A stretch of 64,000 bases of DNA. Origin: a virus. The notes under the pieces were generated by a model. It ran no database searches. It worked only from the letters and a program-made list of their open reading frames with translations, and had not been told where the DNA came from. This document shows, in pieces, positions 17,639-26,513 of the stretch (the first letter of the stretch is position 1; each line of letters begins with the position of its first letter). The DNA lies in the IMG/VR virus record IMGVR_UViG_3300042691_019786. One strand, written 5' to 3'. The position numbers and the translations under genes are program-made.

Positions 17639-19375
17639 TTAGTATTCTTCATTCATACCTTCACCCATCGCCATATTAGTATCAGCACCCATATTTTGTT
17701 GTGCGTCTGGTTGTTTAGCGTTCATATCACTAACAACCATATCAAATTTATCTAAAAGTGTACCTAATTTACCAGTATCTTGATTACCTGGATTATCAAA
17801 TACTGAAATTAATTTATCAAATATATTGTATAAAGTAACTCTTTCGTTTGCAGCTATTTTACCAAAAACACTTCTTAATTTATTATTAATCATATCTCTG
17901 AAATCATTAAAACCTATTTTAAGACCTTCAGCTTCGTACATACCTTCTTCATACATACCTTCTTCATACATACCTTCACCCATCCATGATTCGTTGATTG
18001 GTTCAAATTTAATTCCACCAATTACAACACCTTCAGATAAACCTTCTTCGTTTTCTTTAGCTTCAGTTTCAACTTTTGCAGTTGATTCTTTACCCATGTG
18101 AATGTGTTTTTTAGCGTCAGCAGCGTGAGGAACTTTGATTTCATCCCAGTTACCTTCTTTAGCTGTCACATCTTCGATATTTTTACCACCTTTAGATGCT
18201 GTTTCTGTTGATTTAGTAGTTTCTTCTTTTACTTCTTCTTCTTCTTTAACAACTTCTTCTTCTTCAACAGATTCTTTCATTGTTACATGTTTAGTAGCTT
18301 CAGCTGCATGTTTTTTAATTTTTTCAAATTCACCAGTTTTTGGATTTGGCGCTTCAGTTTTCTTTTCAGATGCTACAGAACCTTCAACATGTTTTTTTGC
18401 ATCAGCAGCATGAGGAACTTTGATTTCATCCCAGTTACCTTCTTTAGCATCAGCATCTTCGATGTCTTCCATCTCCATTAACATTTTTGTTTTTTTCCAA
18501 ATATCGTTAAACGTTGAGTTTTCATCTAATCTAGCTCTACCTTTTACAGTTCCTAATGTTTCTTGAGATTTGTACCCCATTAGGTGTTTCATTTTTTGCA
18601 TGTCTTCATTAACCATGTTTTTGTCAGCTGCCATAAGAACAACTGCTTTACCTTCAGTTAATGAACCTTCCCAACGGATTTTATAGTTTTCAACACCATC
18701 AGTCATTTCAAATACTTTTTTATCTACTTTGTAAGATTCTGGTATCATTTTAAGTGCATTTCCAACACCGTTAAACTCTTTTTTGAATTTAAGTCTTTTC
18801 ATTCCTTCTTTTATTTGTGGTTTATTGTTATCTTTATTCTCAAATGCATAAGCCTTATGACTTTTATCTGGCGTAACTTCCCAGTCATCACCAAACATTT
18901 TTGTTGTTGGTGTTTCTTTAGCTCTAATTTCTTGTGACTTTTCAATTGACGCTGCTAGATTTTTTCCAAAATCTGGACCAGTAAATCCTTGTTGTGCTGG
19001 AATAACATTAGCCCATTCTGGATTGTTACCCATTCTACTAGAACCAACAATAGCTTCTTTAGCTCTATCACTAAATTCTTTATTTGGATTTCTATCATAT
19101 TGAATCATCTCTTGACCATTCATGATTTCCATTTGGTCATGATATTCTTTTTCTTCGTTACTGTTATAATTAAATTTGTTGTTAACATCAGTAACTTCCA
19201 TACCTTTGTTCAAATTTTTATCATAACCGTTTAAATCTTTATCAACATCTTTTATTGCTTGTTTGTTAATTTTTTCAGAAGCTTTTTGAGCTGCTGCTGT
19301 AACTGCAATACCTGGAGTTTCAGCCTCATTAACAAATTTGTTTACTAGATGTTTTTTAATTATATTTTTATCCAT
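17639..19375 (-). CDS. large acidic protein with internal repeats, putative internal head/scaffold-like protein
   Basis: 578 aa, Glu-rich; duplicated KEGNWDEIKVPHAADAKKH; EGMYE x3; TATTTAT upstream. Confidence 0.6.
   Translation of the reverse strand: MDKNIIKKHLVNKFVNEAETPGIAVTAAAQKASEKINKQAIKDVDKDLNGYDKNLNKGMEVTDVNNKFNYNSNEEKEYHDQMEIMNGQEMIQYDRNPNKEFSDRAKEAIVGSSRMGNNPEWANVIPAQQGFTGPDFGKNLAASIEKSQEIRAKETPTTKMFGDDWEVTPDKSHKAYAFENKDNNKPQIKEGMKRLKFKKEFNGVGNALKMIPESYKVDKKVFEMTDGVENYKIRWEGSLTEGKAVVLMAADKNMVNEDMQKMKHLMGYKSQETLGTVKGRARLDENSTFNDIWKKTKMLMEMEDIEDADAKEGNWDEIKVPHAADAKKHVEGSVASEKKTEAPNPKTGEFEKIKKHAAEATKHVTMKESVEEEEVVKEEEEVKEETTKSTETASKGGKNIEDVTAKEGNWDEIKVPHAADAKKHIHMGKESTAKVETEAKENEEGLSEGVVIGGIKFEPINESWMGEGMYEEGMYEEGMYEAEGLKIGFNDFRDMINNKLRSVFGKIAANERVTLYNIFDKLISVFDNPGNQDTGKLGTLLDKFDMVVSDMNAKQPDAQQNMGADTNMAMGEGMNEEY
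17933..17977. repeat. 15-bp tandem repeat x3 (encodes EGMYE)
   Basis: ttcrtacataccttc three times. Confidence 0.9.
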
Positions 19376-19421
19376 TTTAAATTGATTTAATTATAAATAT
19401 CTTAGTTTTTAATAAAGTTTA

Positions 19422-20918
19422 TTACTTATTGTTTTTTGATTCAATTATTCTTTTAACTTCATCGATTGTTTTACCAGTCTTTTTAGCTATCGTTTCATAA
19501 ATCTTGTTTTCACCTAATGAAGGTGCGTTTACACTTCCTTTAGCTTTTTTTAGTTTAACAACACCATCTACAGCACCAGTACTACAACCAGAACCAGCTG
19601 GTTTATTATTAAGTTTTGTACAATCGTTAAATTCAACAAATGCACCTCCAGCATATTGTGGTGTTTTCTCAGCCTTTGTTTTACCAACATTTTTAAATTC
19701 ACCATTTCTACCGATTGGTAGTGCGTTTGCATCGTATGCGCCTATCGACCCTTCACCTTGTGTAGTTTCTTTTATCCCTTCTTTAAAAGTTTTTTTAAGT
19801 GGTTCATTATATTTACCAACTGGCATATTTAATCTCTCACCAGACTTACCACCACCAAAAACACTAACACCACCACCAACACCACCAAGTGACATTGTTT
19901 CATCAAAAGGTAGTCTAGTTTGTGTAGAAGGAGGGTTTTTAGATTGTGGTTGAACTTTAGGTAAAACTTTTTTATTTTTATTTAAATAATTACCACCAAA
20001 ACCACCAGTTTCATGGTCACCAGTAATATTTTTTCTAGCGTCTAATGCCGCTTTCATTTCTTCTGGTGTTTTATCACTTTTTCTATGTGTTTGTGGAAAT
20101 TGTTTAGCTAATTGGTTTTTAGCCGTTTCGTTATCTATTTCATTTAATTCTTCTTCTTCACCATTTAACGCTTTTATCAATTTTTCATCATGTGAATAAA
20201 AATCTAACAAATCATTTTTAACTTCATCGGTAATAGATTTTAATTTATCAGAGTTTGATTCAATGTAGTTTTTTAATACTTGTTTGCTTTGTTCATCATT
20301 GTTAGTCCAATAACCATCCTTGTTATCGTCAGCATAACCTAGTTCAGTAGCAATACTACTCAACTCAGATTCATCACCACTAACAGCTTTCATGAATTCA
20401 CTATTATAATCGTCTAAATCAAATAATAATTGTTCATCCCCAGATGATACTATAGCTATTTCACCATTGTTATATTTAATATCAATATCGCTTTCTTGCG
20501 CTGTTGGTCTTGGGAATTTATTAGGTTCTTGGTTAATTGGATTGTCTGGGTGATTATCAAACCAATCACCTTCAGTTATTCCACCAACAATTTCATTTAA
20601 TCTTTCTTCGTATATTTTTAATGCATCTTGTGGTGAACCTAATTTTTTTGACAATTTATAACCGTCTTTTTCTTTTACTAAGATATCTTTTAAACCTTCT
20701 AGAATTGATTCATAATTAACGCTGCATTCATTCCAAAATTCTGATAGGTTTTTACTTTTACCATATAGGTATTCTAATAGGTTTTTGTATTCTTCTTTTA
20801 AGTTATATTTTTTAGCCATATCATCAACTCTATCTAACCCTCCTTTAACTATAGGTTCTTGGTTTAGAGATTCTAATAATGTTTTATATTGGTTTTTGGT
20901 TAAAATTAGTTTTCTCAT
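19422..20918 (-). CDS. hypothetical protein, possible internal virion protein
   Basis: 498 aa; KLILTKNQY N-terminus; many [LI]xE motifs. Confidence 0.6.
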   Translation of the reverse strand: MRKLILTKNQYKTLLESLNQEPIVKGGLDRVDDMAKKYNLKEEYKNLLEYLYGKSKNLSEFWNECSVNYESILEGLKDILVKEKDGYKLSKKLGSPQDALKIYEERLNEIVGGITEGDWFDNHPDNPINQEPNKFPRPTAQESDIDIKYNNGEIAIVSSGDEQLLFDLDDYNSEFMKAVSGDESELSSIATELGYADDNKDGYWTNNDEQSKQVLKNYIESNSDKLKSITDEVKNDLLDFYSHDEKLIKALNGEEEELNEIDNETAKNQLAKQFPQTHRKSDKTPEEMKAALDARKNITGDHETGGFGGNYLNKNKKVLPKVQPQSKNPPSTQTRLPFDETMSLGGVGGGVSVFGGGKSGERLNMPVGKYNEPLKKTFKEGIKETTQGEGSIGAYDANALPIGRNGEFKNVGKTKAEKTPQYAGGAFVEFNDCTKLNNKPAGSGCSTGAVDGVVKLKKAKGSVNAPSLGENKIYETIAKKTGKTIDEVKRIIESKNNK

Positions 20919-20920
20919 TA

Positions 20921-21163
20921 TTAATTATTTTTATTTGAAAGGTTATCAATCCATGTATTTCTTTTTAGCCAAAGAGTTTTGTAAAGTTGTGTCAAAACAT
21001 TTTTAGTTATTTCAACAACTTTATCTTCTAATTCTTTTTCGTTTTTTAATTTTTCTTTAACTATCTTTTCTATTTTATTTTTGAACTCAGCACCATCAAT
21101 ATAACCTTTAATTTGTTTATTGACATCTGTTTTTGATAGCTCTTCTTTAATTATATCCCTCAT
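20921..21163 (-). CDS. hypothetical protein
   Basis: 80-aa ORF; TATTTAT upstream. Confidence 0.7.
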   Translation of the reverse strand: MRDIIKEELSKTDVNKQIKGYIDGAEFKNKIEKIVKEKLKNEKELEDKVVEITKNVLTQLYKTLWLKRNTWIDNLSNKNN

Positions 21164-21196
21164 TTAGACTTTTAATTATAAATATGGTAAATAAAC

Positions 21197-21222
21197 AAAA
21201 AAAGCCCTAAACTTAGGGCTTT
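21197..21222 (-). terminator. intrinsic terminator
   Basis: aaagccctaa-ac-ttagggcttt with A-tract. Confidence 0.8.
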
Positions 21223-21242
21223 ATTTATTAATTCTATAAATA

Positions 21243-21959
21243 TTATTTAATCATATAATCACCACATGAAATAACCACCTCACATTCTGATAATGAACTA
21301 TTTGAATAGTCAAAAGTTCCTAAATCAACAGATTTGATTTGACAACCAGTCATTAACCATGTTTCAAAAACAACACCAGTTGGGTCTAACATTTCGATTT
21401 TCATACCAAAATATTTTTGATTATAACCCATATCAAATAGTTTCTTGTTAATATTGTTAGTTATCGTTGGTTTAAATCTCAAAACAATATCTTCAATAAC
21501 ATATTTTTTTATATGTGTATTTATACCCAACACTTTAACATTTTCAAAAATAACTTTTGGTCCACTTATAGATGAAACAAAGAAAGGTTCAATACCCAAT
21601 TCTTTTGGTAATATTACTAAAAATCTGTTGTTTCTAACAAATTCTGGCGCTACTACTTCTTTACCGTATTTAAGTGTTGGTACTCTATGGTTAGTACCAT
21701 TTTTAGTGTCAGATAAAGCGTCTTTTGGTTTTTCTAACAATGGATTCTTTTTACCAGTTAATTCCTCATAATATGGGTTAGCTTCACCAGTGAAAGGGTC
21801 ATACATAGGAATCTCATTTTTCTTTTGTTCTACATACTCTTTTGGTAAAGGTTTAGATATAATCGCTTTTGGTGGTTGCGCTTTTCTCCTAGTTCTAGGT
21901 TTATAATTCTTTTTGTTTGATTTTGTTGTTCCTTCTTGAATTGGTTTAGGTTCGCTCAT
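21243..21959 (-). CDS. tail-tube (gp19)-like domain with disordered N-terminal extension
   Basis: RNNRFLV...LGI...EMLDPTGVVFETW..TGC......G.FDYS pattern of myovirus tube proteins. Confidence 0.55.
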   Translation of the reverse strand: MSEPKPIQEGTTKSNKKNYKPRTRRKAQPPKAIISKPLPKEYVEQKKNEIPMYDPFTGEANPYYEELTGKKNPLLEKPKDALSDTKNGTNHRVPTLKYGKEVVAPEFVRNNRFLVILPKELGIEPFFVSSISGPKVIFENVKVLGINTHIKKYVIEDIVLRFKPTITNNINKKLFDMGYNQKYFGMKIEMLDPTGVVFETWLMTGCQIKSVDLGTFDYSNSSLSECEVVISCGDYMIK

Positions 21960-21964
21960 TAAAA

Positions 21965-22531
21965 CTATTCTTTAATCTTTATGTTATTTATGACGCTCAT
22001 AGTGTCCTTCATGCATTCACTATAAACTTTGGCATTATAATATGGTTTGAATTTTAACAATCCCCATAAATATTTCTTATGCCAATCTTTATATAAAAAA
22101 GTAGTTAACTTATCATTAACTTCTTTTTTTGTAAATGATATAGAGTCTTTCTTAATGTAACCAGAAAGACTATAACATTTTTCAGTTAAGTTAAAATAAC
22201 TTTTTTCTGAAACGCTATCTTTTTTTAAAACTGTAACAGATAACGTTGAATCTTTGAATCTATATTTTGTGTCAACAATATTTGTTATGTATTTTGTTTT
22301 TATATTTAAAACTTTTGCAATTGAATCATACTTTGGGTATAAGTCTTTTAATTCTCTAAAAGTTAATTCTTGTTGCATAGATTTATTTTTGATTAAAGCA
22401 ACCATGTTGTTGCTAAATCTAGTTCTTTCTTCTTTTTCATTTTTATATAACTTAAATAAAAAAGCTAATGATGTAAATAAAAACATCACTAATAAAACTA
22501 ATCCAATTAATATTTTATTTTTTAACATCAT
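21965..22531 (-). CDS. N-terminally anchored membrane protein, spanin-like candidate
   Basis: single N-terminal TM followed by coiled coil; adjacent to amidase-like gene. Confidence 0.5.
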   Translation of the reverse strand: MMLKNKILIGLVLLVMFLFTSLAFLFKLYKNEKEERTRFSNNMVALIKNKSMQQELTFRELKDLYPKYDSIAKVLNIKTKYITNIVDTKYRFKDSTLSVTVLKKDSVSEKSYFNLTEKCYSLSGYIKKDSISFTKKEVNDKLTTFLYKDWHKKYLWGLLKFKPYYNAKVYSECMKDTMSVINNIKIKE

Positions 22532-23045
22532 AAAAATACTCTTCTTCTACTTTAGGTTCATTTTGTAGATTAACTAAATAACCCTTTAACCCATTTTTTA
22601 TTTCTTCTTCATTTAATTTATCATCACTAGTCGAGTTAAATTTAGAACCTTGTGTAAATGATAAAGAAAATTCAATTTTATTTTCATCATCAACTATTTT
22701 TTCACCAGTAATAATGATATCACCGTTAAAATCTTCTGTTTTTGGTTTAACGTAAACACTAGTAACTCTAATACCTAATTTTATACCACCTATAGCTGTA
22801 GATATTTTTTCAAGCCTTTCATCGGGTTTTTCTAATTTTTTATAACCTTCAATTGGGAATAAAGGTGTTGGACCATCTTTTGGTAATTCAGTATTTTCTG
22901 TATCTGGTAAATCATCCCCTTTTTCAAATTTAGGAACTGACGCAGTTACTGGTGCATCATCTTCTTTTATTAATTGTTGTTTAAACCCTCTAATTACAGA
23001 CATCATTTTTTTTGTCATGTCGTGTTCGTTGATGTTTTCTTTCAT
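22515..23045 (-). CDS. hypothetical protein
   Basis: 176-aa ORF. Confidence 0.7.
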   Translation of the reverse strand: MKENINEHDMTKKMMSVIRGFKQQLIKEDDAPVTASVPKFEKGDDLPDTENTELPKDGPTPLFPIEGYKKLEKPDERLEKISTAIGGIKLGIRVTSVYVKPKTEDFNGDIIITGEKIVDDENKIEFSLSFTQGSKFNSTSDDKLNEEEIKNGLKGYLVNLQNEPKVEEEYFYDVKK

Positions 23046-23049
23046 TTGT

Positions 23050-23658
23050 TTAGTTTTTACTTTCTAGTTTATTTTTAAATTCTTCACAGTTCCATGCTGG
23101 TGATACATCAAAATAGTGTTTATTCAAATTACTTTTGTATAATACACCATTAAAACTACTAGTATCATCCAATTTTGTGTTGTGGCTCATAGCTATCTTT
23201 GGTATAAAGAATTCTTCACATAAATCGTTAACTAGTTCAACACAAGCGTCCATTTGTTCTTGTGTATAAACAGCCCATTTATTGTGACCTTTCCAATTTC
23301 TACCTAAGACTATACCATTATAAATATTACCTTTCCAATCATAAAATCGTTCATCTGGTAAATTTCTAGTTAACCACCCTTCATTTTCCAATAAAATAAC
23401 AATCGATTTTGTGTTTTGCTCTAACTTTGGAAAATACTTTGATAAATACGAAGGTTCAAAATGTTTATGTATTACACCAGATTTATCTATGGTAAACGCA
23501 GCAGTCTTTTTGTTATTCCCATTTAACCTAGTTTTCCAACCTATAACATGGTTCATATTGTTACTATAAGTATTACCAATAACTATTTGTTTTTTTATAC
23601 ATTCTATAGGTATGTAATGTTTTTCTTCTAATGAATATTTTTTATCTTCTATTACCAT
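23050..23658 (-). CDS. Amidase_2 (N-acetylmuramoyl-L-alanine amidase)-like protein, apparently lacking Zn ligands
   Basis: KKQIVIGNT, FTIDKSGVI, SIVILLEN, YTQEQ, DVSPAW match the amidase scaffold. Confidence 0.65.
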   Translation of the reverse strand: MVIEDKKYSLEEKHYIPIECIKKQIVIGNTYSNNMNHVIGWKTRLNGNNKKTAAFTIDKSGVIHKHFEPSYLSKYFPKLEQNTKSIVILLENEGWLTRNLPDERFYDWKGNIYNGIVLGRNWKGHNKWAVYTQEQMDACVELVNDLCEEFFIPKIAMSHNTKLDDTSSFNGVLYKSNLNKHYFDVSPAWNCEEFKNKLESKN

Positions 23659-24980
23659 TAACCACGTTTATAAAATATTTTGTTATCATCACCATTTTTG
23701 ATTATTTTATTTGAACCTATTCTTTCTATCGTGTTGCTAGTTTTAGGTTTTGGAACGTCAACAGAAAACCCTCTACCTTCTTTAATTTCTCTTATGTCTT
23801 CTAAATTAACTTTACCAGTTGGTATTACTGGTTGTTTTTTATAAACTGGTACTTCAATATTTTTTTCACTAACAGTTGTTGATGGTTCTACTTGAGTTAC
23901 AGCATCAGTTATTTGGTCATTTACAGCCTCAATTACAGTGTCATTTACAGTGTCATCATGTTCTTCTTCAATTGGTATAATGATATCTTCTATTTCCAAA
24001 TCTTCAACCATCTGATTCATAACTTCACTTAACGCATGGTCTTCATCAAAATTTACACCCTCATTTACACCCTCATTTACACCCTCAGTTATTCCCTCAT
24101 CGTTACTTTTTTCTTTAATCATTTCGATAATAGTTGTTGGTGTTTCACCAGATGGTACGTGATTTATTTTAGGTTCTAATGGTGTTTGTTTACCTTCCAA
24201 TTCAAACACTTTATTTGTTGCTAACACTAACGCAATTGCCAATGGGTCAAATACGAATATAAGTAACAAAATAAGATAGTTAACAACATTAGCCATAGGA
24301 ATGCCAGTCAACTCTGATATGTATTTAAGAGGACCAACTTCACCAGCAATTTCACTTCCAGATTTTAATTCAATAGCTTTAACGTTATAAGCGTTAACTG
24401 AATCTGACAAAACAATATTCTTAGCGTTGATAGCGTCTATCTCAGCGTTCAATAGTTGAATTTGTTTATCTGAACTCTCAATATCACGTCTAGCGTTTCT
24501 TTGATTTCTATTATCAGTTGAGTTGTCTAAACGAGTTTCTTGGTTACCTCTAAGGTTGTTTAATTGGTCAACACGTTTAGTTTTAGTTTCAATGATTTTT
24601 GTATTATCAGCAATAGTCTTTTCAAACGTTTGTTTTTTCGCTTCTAACACACCTAATTGACCTTCATGTATCTCTAACTTATTTGCTGTCGATTGATAAG
24701 CGTTAGATAAGAAACCGTAAATACCTACAGACGTTATAACCATAAGAATCGCAACACTAATTGTTAAATAAAACTTTAACCCTTTGGCTAGTTTATGCCA
24801 ATATGTGTGTAACGCAGTTGTCGTAACCACTTTACCAACTTCTAATGTTGTGGCCATTATAATTACAGCTGTGCTAGCGCCAGCAAATAACTGACTTAAA
24901 CCCCACACAGAAAAATAAGCAGCACAACCAGCAACGGTTAGTGCTAAAATTAACATTATGTAACTAAATTTTACTTTCAT
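23658..24980 (-). CDS. multi-TM membrane protein with long coiled coil
   Basis: AAYFSVWGL..LFAGA, LEVGK, TSVGIYGFLS, EVGPLKY, IFVFDPLA motifs of a large-phage membrane family. Confidence 0.8.
   Translation of the reverse strand: MKVKFSYIMLILALTVAGCAAYFSVWGLSQLFAGASTAVIIMATTLEVGKVVTTTALHTYWHKLAKGLKFYLTISVAILMVITSVGIYGFLSNAYQSTANKLEIHEGQLGVLEAKKQTFEKTIADNTKIIETKTKRVDQLNNLRGNQETRLDNSTDNRNQRNARRDIESSDKQIQLLNAEIDAINAKNIVLSDSVNAYNVKAIELKSGSEIAGEVGPLKYISELTGIPMANVVNYLILLLIFVFDPLAIALVLATNKVFELEGKQTPLEPKINHVPSGETPTTIIEMIKEKSNDEGITEGVNEGVNEGVNFDEDHALSEVMNQMVEDLEIEDIIIPIEEEHDDTVNDTVIEAVNDQITDAVTQVEPSTTVSEKNIEVPVYKKQPVIPTGKVNLEDIREIKEGRGFSVDVPKPKTSNTIERIGSNKIIKNGDDNKIFYKRG
24051..24086. repeat. 12-bp perfect tandem repeat x3 (encodes EGVN)
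   Basis: atttacaccctc three times. Confidence 0.9.
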
Positions 24981-25009
24981 ATACTTTTATTTTATAAATA
25001 CTAAAAACT

Positions 25010-25031
25010 AAAAAAAGGGTCATAGACCCTT
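25010..25031 (-). terminator. intrinsic terminator after sigma gene
   Basis: aagggtc-ata-gaccctt with A7 tract. Confidence 0.7.
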
Positions 25032-25034
25032 AGT

Positions 25035-25856
25035 TTATTCATTTATTAAATCAAATAAATCATGAGCATTATGTCTTAATTTTCTAATAGCTTTTTCTTT
25101 TATTTGTCTAATTCTTTCTTTTGTTAAACCGTATCTATCACCAATCGCTTCTAAAGTCATAGCTTCGCAATTTGTATCGATACCAAAATAACATTTTATA
25201 ATTTCTTTTTCTCTTTCACTTAAAATAGATAACGTTATATCTATTTGATTTTTGATTCTTTCGTCAATGATTAATTTGTCTTCATCACCATTATCAAAAG
25301 GTATTAGTTCTATTAACTCGTCACCTTCTTCATTGATGTGTTCATTAAGTGATGTACATTTTGGGTAATTAATTAAGTTTAAATCAAAGTTATCAATATC
25401 ATTAACTGTGAAATCAGCATCGTCTAATAATTCAATTTTTGATATTTCTTTATTTAACTTAGAAATCTTATTAATAACATTTGAAGGTAATCTTACCATT
25501 CTAGCGTTATCATTTAGACTTTGAATAATAGATTGTCTTATCCACCATACTGCATAAGAGATGAATCTGAAACCTTTTTTGTAATCAAATCTTGTTGCTG
25601 CTTTAACTAATCCGTAATTACCTTCATTTATTAAATCTTGCAATTGCAAACCTTGCCCTTGATATTCTTTAGCTACTGACACAACAAATTTTAAATTTGC
25701 TTTAACCAAAGTCTCAATCGCTTTTGTGTCGCCTTTTTTAATTCTTTTCGCTAAACTTATTTCTTCGTTTTTAGTTAAAACTACTGATTTTCTTACTTCC
25801 TTAAAATATTTTGATATGCTGTCGTTGTTTTCAAAATTTACAAACTTTTTATTCAT
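25035..25856 (-). CDS. RNA polymerase sigma-70 family factor (RpoD/SigA-like, no region 1.1)
   Basis: ANLKFVVSVAK, DLINEGN.GL, GFRFISYAVWWIRQSI, VRLP, region 4 TLEAIG..YGLTKERIRQI. Confidence 0.95.
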   Translation of the reverse strand: MNKKFVNFENNDSISKYFKEVRKSVVLTKNEEISLAKRIKKGDTKAIETLVKANLKFVVSVAKEYQGQGLQLQDLINEGNYGLVKAATRFDYKKGFRFISYAVWWIRQSIIQSLNDNARMVRLPSNVINKISKLNKEISKIELLDDADFTVNDIDNFDLNLINYPKCTSLNEHINEEGDELIELIPFDNGDEDKLIIDERIKNQIDITLSILSEREKEIIKCYFGIDTNCEAMTLEAIGDRYGLTKERIRQIKEKAIRKLRHNAHDLFDLINE

Positions 25857-25932
25857 TAATACTATTGTTACTCTTCATGTTATTCTTTTTAAATATAAGG
25901 ATATTTTCTTAAAAGTCAATACTTTATATCCT

Positions 25933-26466
25933 TTATTTAGCCAAAAGGGTCAACATTTTTTTATCATAATCTGTTAATTTTTCAACCCCAGAATCTATGA
26001 TTTTATTCATCGCTTCTTGTTTTTCTTTAAGAGTCATATTTTCAATTTCTTCTTCAGTTAACCTTCTTGGTCTTATACTACCTTTAACTTCTTTAACTTC
26101 TAATTTTATTTTTTTACTATTTTCTTTGATGATTTTAGCGTCTTCAATAGCATCTAATAAATCATTCATTCTTTTAGTTAAGATAGAATCAGATTCTTTT
26201 AAAAAACCAAATAACCCTTCATGGATTTCTTCTTTTGCAATGTGATATCCAGAAGATTTAGGATTTAAATCAAAAACAAAAAAACTTCTGTTTTGTAATT
26301 TAAACCACTCGTTTATTTCGCCAACCGTTAACGCTGATGATAGTGTAGCAATAATGATACCTTTGGCATCCAATATATTGGGTTTATTATCGCTGATTTT
26401 TTCTATCTCAGCGATAACATTTTTAGTATCACCCATTATTATTACACAATAATTTTTAAATTCCAT
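25933..26466 (-). CDS. hypothetical protein
   Basis: 177-aa ORF. Confidence 0.75.
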   Translation of the reverse strand: MEFKNYCVIIMGDTKNVIAEIEKISDNKPNILDAKGIIIATLSSALTVGEINEWFKLQNRSFFVFDLNPKSSGYHIAKEEIHEGLFGFLKESDSILTKRMNDLLDAIEDAKIIKENSKKIKLEVKEVKGSIRPRRLTEEEIENMTLKEKQEAMNKIIDSGVEKLTDYDKKMLTLLAK

Positions 26467-26513
26467 ACCCCCTTTTTTTTAACTAATGTACAATTTTAAT
26501 ATTAAATATGCAA

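Noticed and set aside
17933-24086. CRISPR array from the short repeats at 17933-17977 and 24051-24086
   Set aside because: These are head-to-tail coding repeats without spacers; no cas genes are seen, and the PD-(D/E)XK nuclease lacks Cas4 Fe-S cysteines.
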